A stretch of DNA of 64,000 nucleotides, taken from positions 1 through 64,000 of the IMG/VR virus record IMGVR_UViG_3300021399_000004, one strand, 5' to 3'. Under the pieces are notes generated by a model. That model was not told the origin of the DNA, did not search any database, and worked only from the letters and a program-made list of their open reading frames with translations. The translations under genes and the position numbers were made by a program. The DNA comes from a virus. Of this stretch, positions 20,786 to 30,218 are shown in pieces. The stretch's first letter is position 1; every line of letters starts with the position of its first letter.

Positions 20786-22648
20786 TTAATTATTCAAAAT
20801 ATTAAAATCAACATTCTCAAACAAAAAGTCACGGCGTCCCTCAACTTCCGTACCCATTAGCATTTGTAATGACTCGGCCGCGGCCTCGGCATCATTTATA
20901 GTAAGAATATCCAAACGCCGATTTGTTTGGTGTAGCATAGATTCTTCTACATCATCTGCCACCATCTCACCCAACCCTTTGTAGCGTGATTGTTCCCATC
21001 CAGATCGAGTCTTTCTCAACTCAACAAGCTCATCTTCATCATAAGCATAAACATGTTGATTTCCTTTGCTTAGACGATATAATGGCGCACGGAGCCAGCC
21101 AAGCCGTCCTTCTTCAATAAACTTAGGCATTAGAACATAGAAGAGTGTGGTGATAAGACACATGATGTTGTAGCCATCAACGTCAGCATCAACCGCAATT
21201 GCGACTTTTCCATAATTAAGTTTCTTACTGTTATAACGATCTTGGATACCGCATCCAAGTGCCATTATAATATCAGATACTTCCTGATTTTCAAGGCACT
21301 CATCAAGTGGATGTTTCATTAAGTTTTTAACTTTACCACGCACTGCATACAGTGCTTCTGTTTTTACATCGCGCGCGGGCATTAGGCCGCCCAATGCAGA
21401 ATTGCCTTCGCAAATAATAAGCATTGAATCTTGCCCATGCTTTTCACAATCTTTAAATTTATCAGAAGAAGTAACCTTGCGCTTGCGCTGTTCAGTTTCT
21501 TTCTTTTCTGCATTAAGGATTGCTTCTCGTGCACGAGTCGCAGCAATTTCGGCCTTCTCAATCTTAGTAAGCATTTCTACAATTGCGCTAAATTCATTGG
21601 AGTGCCGAGCCGCCATATCTTTAAGCGCATTGGAGAATGCGGTTGAAGCTAAAGTTCGTAATGAAGCATTATTGATTTTAGATTTGGTTTGATTTGCAAA
21701 AGAAGGGTTTTCTACCTTACAATTAATTACGTAGAATAGGTTCTTGCGAATATATTCGCCATCAAAGGAAGCATTCGCAAGTGTATTAAATGTCTTAGTT
21801 ATTGCACTTCTTGCACCAGTAATTGGGCTACCGCCCTCTGGACATCTGAGGCCATTTACAAATACATATGCAGTTTCGTGCTTGGTGCCCCATTGAAAAG
21901 CAATTTCCAAACTATCTGTTCCGTCAGTTGCTGAACCAGTAATAATACTTTTTTGTAATGGCTTTTGTACATTTTTCTTTACGAAATCTATAATACCATT
22001 TTTCGCGCAATAAGTTTTTACATCATTTTCATTTGAAACTATAAACTCAATACCTGGATAAAGGTATGAAATATCTTGAATATCCTGGCAAATTCGATTG
22101 AAGTCATAACCAATCGGGCCATTTGAAAATACTTCGGGGTCAGGAATAAAATCTATTCTAGTACCATTAGGATTATTACATGGCTCTTCAATATAATCCT
22201 TTAAGATTCCTTTTTCAAATATTGCCGCGGCCCGTTTACCATCTCGGAAACTTTGAACAGTAAAGCTTTTAGATGAAAGACATACACAAGAACCACCGAT
22301 TCCATTTAAACCCGAGGCATTTTTATAGGCATCATGCGAAAACTTACCGCCAGTATGGCTTTTAGTAAATATAGATACTAGAACATTTTCGCCATTTTCA
22401 CGAATACCAAAAGGTACTCCACGACCATAATCGCGCACTGTCACTGAATTAGTACGCTCATCTAACATTATACGGATTTGTTTTCCATATCCCGCAAGCG
22501 CTTCATCAGTACTGTTATTGATAATCTCTTTAAGCGCCTGATATGTTCCTTCAATATCATCGCTGCCGAGATACATCTGAATGCGCGTGCGAACTCCTTC
22601 TCTGAAAGACAGGCTTTGTATCGAATTTACATCATAAGTTTCTGCCAT
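20786..22648 (-). CDS. type II DNA topoisomerase, B (ATPase/TOPRIM) subunit
   Basis: 620 aa with no TAG. GHKL ATPase N-terminus (EIINNSTDEA, GRGVPF) and TOPRIM (ICEGNSALGG, DADVDG). Confidence 0.9.
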   Translation of the reverse strand: MAETYDVNSIQSLSFREGVRTRIQMYLGSDDIEGTYQALKEIINNSTDEALAGYGKQIRIMLDERTNSVTVRDYGRGVPFGIRENGENVLVSIFTKSHTGGKFSHDAYKNASGLNGIGGSCVCLSSKSFTVQSFRDGKRAAAIFEKGILKDYIEEPCNNPNGTRIDFIPDPEVFSNGPIGYDFNRICQDIQDISYLYPGIEFIVSNENDVKTYCAKNGIIDFVKKNVQKPLQKSIITGSATDGTDSLEIAFQWGTKHETAYVFVNGLRCPEGGSPITGARSAITKTFNTLANASFDGEYIRKNLFYVINCKVENPSFANQTKSKINNASLRTLASTAFSNALKDMAARHSNEFSAIVEMLTKIEKAEIAATRAREAILNAEKKETEQRKRKVTSSDKFKDCEKHGQDSMLIICEGNSALGGLMPARDVKTEALYAVRGKVKNLMKHPLDECLENQEVSDIIMALGCGIQDRYNSKKLNYGKVAIAVDADVDGYNIMCLITTLFYVLMPKFIEEGRLGWLRAPLYRLSKGNQHVYAYDEDELVELRKTRSGWEQSRYKGLGEMVADDVEESMLHQTNRRLDILTINDAEAAAESLQMLMGTEVEGRRDFLFENVDFNILNN

Positions 22649-22660
22649 TCTCTCACGTCC

Positions 22661-22972
22661 TTAGCTTATCAATTCTATAGTTAAATCTTCATTCATAAAA
22701 CATGATCTAGTAGTAATTTTATCTACTTTCATATTATATTCCCATCCTGATAAATGATGGTAGAATTGCGTATCATTATATAAATCATAATCAAATATTC
22801 TACAAATATTTTTATCAGGATAAAGTATAGTGATAGTACCCCAACTTTTAAGTATAATTTGTAGCTGTTGTAAAGCTTGATCTAAGTTTAGTGATTTATC
22901 TATCTGATATTCACCAGTACTAAATCCCATATCGCAAGTTTGAGGAGTAACTTCATGATATTTTAGCATCAT
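22661..22972 (-). CDS. hypothetical protein
   Basis: 103-aa track ORF behind a consensus promoter. Confidence 0.45.
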   Translation of the reverse strand: MMLKYHEVTPQTCDMGFSTGEYQIDKSLNLDQALQQLQIILKSWGTITILYPDKNICRIFDYDLYNDTQFYHHLSGWEYNMKVDKITTRSCFMNEDLTIELIS

Positions 22973-22996
22973 ATTTCTCCTTCCTATTTATAATTT

Positions 22997-23025
22997 ATTA
23001 TAACATAAAATTTAATAAAAGTCAA
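22997..23025 (-). promoter_or_regulatory. promoter TTGACT-N17-TATAAT
   Basis: attata at 22997-23002, agtcaa at 23020-23025. Confidence 0.7.
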
Positions 23026-24095
23026 TTTCTTTTTAATCGGATTGCTAAAATGATTAAAATGAAACTTATAACAAGTAAATATAGGTAAGGATGAACTCTT
23101 AGAACAACGCCAGTTGGAGAAATTTCATCTAAATTATTAACATATGTAACCGTAGATACTTCATTATCAATTAATGGAATTATATTTATAGCACTATAAT
23201 CAGATACATTAAGAATGGCTGTTGTCCGCATTTCATTATTTTTTAAAGTAATAAAATTATTTTCGCAACTAATAGAGACTACATAATCATCTGTAGTATC
23301 ATTTGTCTCTGTATATTGTACTGTTGATAAAGGAGAGAGGCCATATACATAATATTTTTCATTATGCTTTAATGTAGTTGTAATTGTTGTATCATTAATA
23401 GGTGTTTTATTCGTAGTAATATAGTAAAATAAATCATTATTATTTAAAACAATTGCAAATGGAAATTCATGGTTTCTATCTCCCATTGATCCTGTAACCT
23501 GCTTTTCTAAAACTATGTTAAATGTATAATAATTATCTGGCTCAAAGGCGTCCATTTTTATAGTCTCTCCGGTGGTCGAGGCGCTATTTGTAGTTATTAA
23601 TGTATAGCCATATGTCTCTAAGGCATTATCCACGTAGCGAATATAAATATCTAAATAATATTCTGATTTATAGTCAGGAGAACGGGTAATACCTGCGGCC
23701 GCAAGAGCTGTTGTTTCTGTAATATCTGTTATTTTATATCTATAAATGCCAGGCTTAGGAAATTTTGACTCATCAATATTAATTTCCAAAGTGCCAGTAA
23801 CTCCAGTGGAGGTACTTGCGGCGGCAGATGTAAAAGTAATAGTACCATTATTCCCCAAAGTTACTCCATTCTGAATGCCTGAGCTAATCTATCTTATATA
23901 AGTGCCATCAGATACATTTGAATTTAAAATTATTTCTGCTGGCTCAATTGTAAATGAATAAGTAATATTTGGAGAATATACCTATGTTAATTCATCATTA
24001 TAAAGATTAATTGTTTTTGGAATAGAAATTGTGGATGCACTAGCTATGCTAATGCATCCAATTAAAAGTAATAAGTATAAAATTATTTTTTTCAT
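23022..24095 (-). CDS. secreted pilin-like surface protein with LPXTG-like C-terminal sorting signal (2 in-frame TAG)
   Basis: Extension to the ATG at 24095 adds the signal peptide MKKIILYLLLLIGCISIASA. Contains a PGIYRYKITD motif. The C-terminus is EISPTG, a hydrophobic stretch and RLKRN. Confidence 0.5.
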
Positions 24096-24307
24096 AAGCA
24101 ATCACCATTATAATTATTACAAAAGTCTTCAATGCGCTGAATAAGCTCTTCGTCCTCTTGATAGAAAATATCCTCGCGCCCAAAAATGTTCATAAGAAGC
24201 TGCCCAAAACGCCAATCAGGTAAAGTCTGCCATGCATTTTGTAGTCTCGCGCAAAAATCATTAATCCTCCGTGGATCTCTCATCCTCTTTATCCTCCCAT
24301 AGTTCAT
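24092..24307 (-). CDS. hypothetical protein
   Basis: 71-aa track ORF. Confidence 0.4.
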   Translation of the reverse strand: MNYGRIKRMRDPRRINDFCARLQNAWQTLPDWRFGQLLMNIFGREDIFYQEDEELIQRIEDFCNNYNGDCL

Positions 24308-24899
24308 TTACGACATCGTATACTGCTTGATGTAGATAATAAGTCCTGATCATACAGTCAATATATTGAGGAGTAATTTCATTAATACGAACTAAATCAT
24401 ATTCTTCCATGACAGAAAAGAATGTATCTAGATTATCAATTATATAACGTTTACATTCTTCATTGCTCCCGTAATACATTCCTCCATTTCCTGTCACGCA
24501 ATCTTCTGCCCACAACATATCAACAAGATTATCTTCCGCGCGCCATCTATCTCCATCACCTAATTCATACAAATCAATGTTATTATCTTGAATATATTCC
24601 ATAATATCTGCTTTCATTGCAGTCAAATAATCATATTTTTCTGGCTCTGCGGGAGAAAAACTCTTAAATGTCAGTCCATACTTATTTAGTAGAATATTCT
24701 TAATAAAATGATTTTCATCATAAATCATGACAGGTGAACCTAAATAATAGTTCCCGCTTTCTAAATCTTTGTAATCAATAATATTTAATAGCGGATACTG
24801 ATACTGTTCTGCTAAAATATGTAATTTTTCCTTATTTTCAGTAAGAATAATGGAGCCGGATTTTGCGGCCGCATCAAAAAATTCTTTAATATTATCCAT
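24261..24899 (-). CDS. hypothetical protein
   Basis: 212-aa track ORF with no TAG. Confidence 0.5.
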   Translation of the reverse strand: MDNIKEFFDAAAKSGSIILTENKEKLHILAEQYQYPLLNIIDYKDLESGNYYLGSPVMIYDENHFIKNILLNKYGLTFKSFSPAEPEKYDYLTAMKADIMEYIQDNNIDLYELGDGDRWRAEDNLVDMLWAEDCVTGNGGMYYGSNEECKRYIIDNLDTFFSVMEEYDLVRINEITPQYIDCMIRTYYLHQAVYDVVNELWEDKEDERSTED

Positions 24900-24908
24900 A
24901 GGCCCTCC

Positions 24909-25253
24909 TTAATAATAAACAATTACTCTATAATCACAATTTATAGTTTCATCTGTAGCAGGGAAAGAATATGTTGCATTAGTGGCATTTGGAATATTCA
25001 CAAATCCATTTCCATCTCTCTTATCATATTGCCATTGATATGTAACAGAAATTTCTTCAAAGCCACTTAGTTCCGCATAAAGAGTAATTTGCTCATTTAC
25101 ATACATTGTCGTGCGCGCGTCAGAACGAATTTTTACTTCCTTAGGAATTTCTAACTGAGTATTAATTGTGATCGATGGAGATGCTAGTTCATCTGCGAAA
25201 GAAAGCAATGGGATACATAATAGGAGAATCAAAGCAATAATTTTCTTTTTCAT
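24909..25253 (-). CDS. secreted hypothetical protein
   Basis: 114 aa with the signal peptide MKKKIIALILLLCIPLLSFA. Confidence 0.5.
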   Translation of the reverse strand: MKKKIIALILLLCIPLLSFADELASPSITINTQLEIPKEVKIRSDARTTMYVNEQITLYAELSGFEEISVTYQWQYDKRDGNGFVNIPNATNATYSFPATDETINCDYRVIVYY

Positions 25254-25299
25254 AGAATACCTCCTTCGCGGCAGTTTACATATCTGCGCCGCTTTTAAT

Positions 25300-25668
25300 T
25301 TATTTTATAGTCAAATTGCAAAGTGAATTAGATTCTGAGGGTTGAACTGCACGTAAGTCTAATTTACAATTTAATTGTGTAGATGAAGTAAAGCATGCAA
25401 TTGGTGTATGACCCAGACCGCCATAAACATCACATGAGTCATTCGTCAATTCAAGAGATTCTAATTCTGGCACGGCAAGCATACTTAAATATATTTCTTT
25501 GCCGTCTGCGCCTCTAATATAATTTGGTAAGCGGAAGATGAAGTTTGCTGCTTCGCCGCTTGCAAGATCAATATCTGTTAGATTAATATTTTTAGTACCA
25601 CAAAATGGACATTTAGGGTCTGCAATGTTAAGCGGGCCGCCACAATTTTTACAATTTGTTTTACTCAT
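25300..25668 (-). CDS. hypothetical zinc-ribbon protein
   Basis: 122 aa with N-terminal CKNCGG...CPFCG. Confidence 0.5.
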   Translation of the reverse strand: MSKTNCKNCGGPLNIADPKCPFCGTKNINLTDIDLASGEAANFIFRLPNYIRGADGKEIYLSMLAVPELESLELTNDSCDVYGGLGHTPIACFTSSTQLNCKLDLRAVQPSESNSLCNLTIK

Positions 25669-25766
25669 TTTATACTCCTTCGCGGCGGTTTGCGCGATAG
25701 CGCAAACGTGCGCCGCATTCTTATATTTTATTATGTTAATAATTCTTATATTTTATTATATTATGG

Positions 25767-25906
25767 GTGTCTTCACGACACACTTCATATGTGTCTTCAC
25801 GACATACCAGTAGGATTTGAAGACACACCTCAGATGTGTTTTCACGACACACCTGTGTCCTCAGGCCATACCTTTATAAAACGTGTAAGTGTGTCCTGAA
25901 AACATA
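25767..25906. repeat. five direct 17-bp repeats GUGUYYUSA..CAYAC (iteron/operator array)
   Basis: GTGTCTTCACGACACAC at 25767, GTGTCTTCACGACATAC at 25791, GTGTTTTCACGACACAC at 25836, GTGTCCTCAGGCCATAC at 25855, GTGTCCTGAAAACATAC at 25890. A partial inverted copy lies at 25818-25828. Confidence 0.8.
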
Positions 25907-25908
25907 CA

Positions 25909-26244
25909 TTATTCCATAATTCTTTTATAAATAATTTTTATATACTTATATTGTTCATATTCAATGAACCCGCGTTCAATCAAAGCGTCTCTTGCTGCAT
26001 TATATCGTTTGTGATCGAAACCGCAAACTTTTAAAATCGTTGCCTCAGCAGGATGAAAGTCTCCATTTTGCTGCTGAAAAATTAAATATAATAATAGAGT
26101 TTTCTGCGCACCACATTTATTATCTATTTTCTGGTTGATCTTTTCGAACATCTCTGGTGAAATTTGATAAAATAAATCCTTTCCATTATATATAGATTTA
26201 TCTACATCACTTAATAAAGCTAATGCTTTCTTTTCTGCTGCCAT
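25909..26244 (-). CDS. winged-helix DNA-binding protein (candidate iteron/operator binder)
   Basis: 111-aa track ORF. The wHTH guess rests on size and on its position next to the 17-bp repeat array. Confidence 0.35.
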   Translation of the reverse strand: MAAEKKALALLSDVDKSIYNGKDLFYQISPEMFEKINQKIDNKCGAQKTLLLYLIFQQQNGDFHPAEATILKVCGFDHKRYNAARDALIERGFIEYEQYKYIKIIYKRIME

Positions 26245-26264
26245 AACCTGACTACCTCCTGAAT

Positions 26265-26447
26265 TTACCGTTTAGCCATCTCTACCGCAGTAGGGATTGC
26301 CGCGTGTAATGCTGGAGTATCTTCAAACCAGTATACATCATATTGCGGTTTTTTAATATTAGGTGAAACTTTTATAATCTTAAAACCTAACTCTCTTAGT
26401 GCTGCGGCAACTCGTGGCATATAAATAATATAAAGTTTATCTGTCAT
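26265..26447 (-). CDS. hypothetical protein
   Basis: 60-aa track ORF. Confidence 0.4.
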   Translation of the reverse strand: MTDKLYIIYMPRVAAALRELGFKIIKVSPNIKKPQYDVYWFEDTPALHAAIPTAVEMAKR

Positions 26448-26649
26448 TTCGCATAACCTCTTCCATTTTATCTAATAATTTAACAGATGGGTTGCGTAGC
26501 CCACGAAAAACGCGGCTAAGATGTTCTTGTGTACATCCTATCTTTTCCGCTGCTTCTGTTTGCGTCCATTGCTTTTTATAAATAAAAGCTTCATATCTAT
26601 TTATAATATCTTGTGTCAATTTATTCACCTGCCTCTGAGACATATTCAT
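26437..26649 (-). CDS. XRE-family helix-turn-helix regulator
   Basis: 70 aa with the HTH segment WTQTEAAEKIGCTQEHLSRVFRG. Confidence 0.65.
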   Translation of the reverse strand: MNMSQRQVNKLTQDIINRYEAFIYKKQWTQTEAAEKIGCTQEHLSRVFRGLRNPSVKLLDKMEEVMRNDR

Positions 26650-26662
26650 AGATATAAGAAAT

Positions 26663-26690
26663 AATACCTATCCTTCATAGAATAGGTATT
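26663..26690 (-). terminator. terminator-like hairpin
   Basis: 9-bp stem AAUACCUAU/AUAGGUAUU followed by AUUUCUUAU. Confidence 0.5.
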
Positions 26691-26707
26691 ATAATTACTT
26701 CAAATCT

Positions 26708-27211
26708 TTACTTAAAATTTCTTGCATCACTACAAAATTCTTTTACTGCATCATAAGTAGTTAAAATTCTACCTTCATCATACGCTTGTGGGTCAAAGAA
26801 GTGAGCGGCTTGTTCTACTCTATTTTCATAGAGCGGGCGCTCTTCTTTAGAAAAATTTTCTTTCATCCACTCGTCATTAATAGTAAATACCGTGTCTGCG
26901 TCTTCAAACGTTTGCCAGCCAAAATCTTTACTATAACTCGCGCAAACACCACTGTCTTCTGTTTCTTTAAAAATATAACCACTTACCGACTTATAAATAA
27001 AGACCCAGCATTCAAAGCAATCATCTTCATTATTGTACCGAATAAAAGGATATGCGCCAAAGCCCCAATCTAAAGGAGCATTTGGCCACATATCAATATT
27101 TTGTACTTCATAATAGTCGTGCGCATTAAATTTTTGTTCCAAATCATAGAAGCCCGCAACAGTAGTTCCAGTAGGGAATTGCTCTTGAAGTTCTTTTAAT
27201 GTCATTACCAA
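26708..27211 (-). CDS. hypothetical protein
   Basis: 167-aa track ORF. Confidence 0.5.
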   Translation of the reverse strand: MVMTLKELQEQFPTGTTVAGFYDLEQKFNAHDYYEVQNIDMWPNAPLDWGFGAYPFIRYNNEDDCFECWVFIYKSVSGYIFKETEDSGVCASYSKDFGWQTFEDADTVFTINDEWMKENFSKEERPLYENRVEQAAHFFDPQAYDEGRILTTYDAVKEFCSDARNFK

Positions 27212-27705
27212 TCGCCCTCAAAATACAGATTTAGTCCTGCCGCCATAATCCTATCAAAATCTCTATATAATTCACAAAGACGAGGAAGGCCGTTGAACTT
27301 TTCAAAGTAATCCTCATGAAAAGCATAATACTCAATCATTTCTTTTAAATCCTTTTTATGGATCTGTACATACTGACCATTCTCATATCCTTTAAGGAAA
27401 GAAAGATTTTCAATTAATCCCCAAAATTTTCTGGCGTACCATACTTGACAAGGGCGCATAATACTGGCGAAATCATCATCGCAAATGTCCTGAATATCTT
27501 CCCATTCACAATAATCAAAGTCGTCTAGACCTTTAGTAGATTTTGCAATAAAGATACGGCAATCAAGTCCCATACTTTCCTCCATTTTTTCTATAATAGG
27601 CATTTTTTTGCGGAGTATTTTAGCTGCCTCACTTTCATAAGTTCCCCAAATACACATAGTCTTACTTTCCTTTTTCTGAGTAAATTTCAATAAGTATCTT
27701 TTCAA
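27205..27705 (-). CDS. hypothetical protein
   Basis: 166-aa track ORF. Confidence 0.5.
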   Translation of the reverse strand: MKRYLLKFTQKKESKTMCIWGTYESEAAKILRKKMPIIEKMEESMGLDCRIFIAKSTKGLDDFDYCEWEDIQDICDDDFASIMRPCQVWYARKFWGLIENLSFLKGYENGQYVQIHKKDLKEMIEYYAFHEDYFEKFNGLPRLCELYRDFDRIMAAGLNLYFEGDW

Positions 27706-27816
27706 AATTATCTACGTAGTCTTTCATTTCTTTTGCATCTGGGAATAAAGTTTTTTCAATATTATATAAGCGTTGCAGTGGACTCATCATTTTATCCCCT
27801 TTCTATTTTCTATATA

Positions 27817-27845
27817 AATTATACTAGAAATTTTATAAAAAGTCA
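27817..27845 (-). promoter_or_regulatory. promoter TTGACT-N17-TATAAT
   Basis: attata at 27817-27822, agtcaa at 27840-27845. Follows a terminator. Confidence 0.7.
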
Positions 27846-27849
27846 AATA

Positions 27850-27873
27850 AGAGGAGTTGAATTTTCAACTCCT
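27850..27873 (-). terminator. intrinsic terminator hairpin
   Basis: 10-bp stem GAGGAGUUGA/UCAACUCCUC followed by UUAUUU. Just after the stop at 27878. Confidence 0.6.
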
Positions 27874-27877
27874 CGAA

Positions 27878-28096
27878 TTATCTCTCATCTGAAAATTTAA
27901 AATCATCTGAAATTCTTTGTAAATACTTTGGAGGATTTTCTAATTCATTTGAAAAACGAAAAATCCAACAATCTGCGATTGAAAAAGGTTCACTTTTTAT
28001 CCATTTATAACCTCTATCTGCTAAATCTTGTTGAGGATGTTTATGAATATTATAATCTAAATCTGCTCCAATCATATCGTATCTATAATTAAACAT
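27878..28096 (-). CDS. hypothetical protein
   Basis: 72-aa track ORF followed by a terminator hairpin. Confidence 0.45.
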   Translation of the reverse strand: MFNYRYDMIGADLDYNIHKHPQQDLADRGYKWIKSEPFSIADCWIFRFSNELENPPKYLQRISDDFKFSDER

Positions 28097-28141
28097 TTAT
28101 TTGCTCCTTTTAAGGGATTTTGTAAAAAATCAAATAGTATT

Positions 28142-28390
28142 TTATTCTAATAGAGAATTTAACTCTTCTGCAAAAGTTGACTTCTTTCTTTCAAGAGGAG
28201 GAGTAGTTCTAAAATACGTATTATAAATATAACTTCTTGCTGTCGTAAAAACTGCAGCTGCATTTTTTGCTGGATGGTTTTGCATATACTATTTCATTTT
28301 TTCTTTTTCATCTATTGAAAGATTTTTAATGAAAGCCTCAAGATAATCACGATTAAGATCATTAATAGATTTTATTTCTTTATTTTCCAT
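28142..28390 (-). CDS. hypothetical protein (1 in-frame TAG)
   Basis: ATG at 28390 to TAA at 28142 is open if TAG is sense. Length is divisible by 3. Confidence 0.35.
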
Positions 28391-29060
28391 TTAAACACCC
28401 CTCCTCCTTTTGTTTACGTGTAAAGAAATAGAAAAATGGTGTATCCAATAGAGCTAAAATGAATTTAATACAATATTGTCCAATTATAAGACCAATTAAT
28501 TCATTTCCTGACATTTTTAAACCGATACCAAAACCGATACCAATAAAAATTATAGTATCAATAATTTGACTAGTCATAGTACTGCCATTGTTCCATAACC
28601 ATCTCCATTTATTATAATTTTGAGTACCCCATTTTTTATTCGCCCAATCTTTAATTTTATGAAAAATAAATACATCCCATGTCTATGAAGCGCCGTATGC
28701 GATTAGGCTTCCTAATGTAAACCAGCCCAAATTATTTAATGAAGTATATGTATCGCTACCTACGAACCACGCTTTAAAAATAATTGGAGTTAAATAAATT
28801 AAAATTGTGCACATACACTATGCAATAAAACCGTATAAAACAGCTAAGTTTGCCTATTTTTTCCCCCAAATTTGACTAATAATATCAGTTGATAAGAAAG
28901 TAATTGCATATGCCAATACTGCTGCAGGAGCAAGTAACTAAATATTACCGAGATAAAAATTAGTAAGAATCATACCATTACTACTTATAATATTTGCCGT
29001 TAATAATGAAGTAACAAATATTACAATTAATATTTGTAAATTATATTCTGTTTTTTTCAT
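28380..29060 (-). CDS. VUT/YhhQ-family queuosine-precursor (7-deazaguanine) transporter (4 in-frame TAG)
   Basis: Readthrough translation gives a polytopic membrane protein with family motifs YAITFLSTDIISQIWG and AYGAS-TAG-TWDVFIF (compare E. coli YhhQ GQILDVHVF). Its start overlaps the stop of the upstream transglycosylase-like gene by ATGA. Confidence 0.65.
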
Positions 29061-30205
29061 AAAATATTTGCCTCCTTGCTGTTATGTGCTATATAAATAC
29101 GAGAAAACTCACACCATACTTTTAAATCATTTAAAATATTAACATTACTATCATAAGAAACTGTTCCTGATTTAACAATAATCTAATTATTCTCCAATAA
29201 GCAATGCTTACAGCGACGTGCATGATTCCAGCTGGTGGTATCTATTGTATCACATGGCATAATAAAATTATTTAATAAATCTAATAGCGCGAAACCCAAT
29301 CCGTGCACTTTAGTGCCATATGAATGTGCTTCGTCACATAACTCTGTAATTAATTGTACAGCTTCAGAAGGTAGTATTTCTCGGGAAGCTATACCACCGA
29401 TTGCAATCATATCATAATTTTTACACATATTTGTCCATTCTTCTCTTCCACGAGTTTTATGCCAAACTGGAATAGGCACAATTCCAGTCTACTAATATAG
29501 GTATTCTCGTATTCGTTTAACAGCTTCTAAACCAATCATATGATCTAGATCTAATTCAAAAAAATGCTATATTTTAAAATGTTTAATAAAATTAATATAT
29601 CTTTCAACATATTCTAATAAATTAATATCTTTTTTAGGATTATTCATATATGAAAATGCACCACTGTCAAGAAAAAATTCTATATGGTTTGTATGAATCC
29701 ATTGAAAATAATCTTCAGTTAATTTAGTAAAACTTTTTGGAAAATCTAATAAACTATCTAACATATATAAAGGAGTAATTGGTTGCTCTATAGCAAAACT
29801 TTTATTATGAGATAGGCCACCAATAAAAATTTTTGTAGGTGGATATTTAGCAGATGAAATTAAAGATGCTCTGCTATTCTTATCTAACTTCGGGATACTT
29901 TCATTTTTAGGTATTTCATATGTAGATAATATTTTTTCTTTTTCGTGTGGTAATAATATATCTTCTATCACAGTATTTTCAACAGCTGATAACTAGTCTT
30001 GTTCTTTTTGTTGTAATGTATTTGGAGCTGCCATCTAAGGAAAAGACAATAAATAATTAATTAAACGATCATAGCAAGATTGACAAATATCCTAATTAAC
30101 AAATATAATTTCATTATTATTTTTTTTTGGCATTTTAATAATTCGATCATTATTAGTTTCTTGCTAGCAAAAATCACAATAATGAATTTCTAATTGCTTA
30201 ATCAT
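29057..30205 (-). CDS. DpdA/TGT-like guanine transglycosylase with N-terminal zinc ribbon (8 in-frame TAG, including a tandem TAG-TAG at 29489-29494)
   Basis: Track fragments 29183..29479 and 29567..29971 are joined in one frame by TAGs. TGT-superfamily-like motifs: FFLDSGAFSY, MIAIGGIA, VHGLGF and CDTIDTTSW. Confidence 0.55.
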
Positions 30206-30218
30206 GCTTTTAACCTCA

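Noticed and set aside
25767-25906. Possible CRISPR array, because of the repeated 17-bp units.
   Set aside because: The repeats are too short, their spacing is irregular (7 to 28 nt), the copies are degenerate, and there are no cas genes. They fit iterons or operators better.
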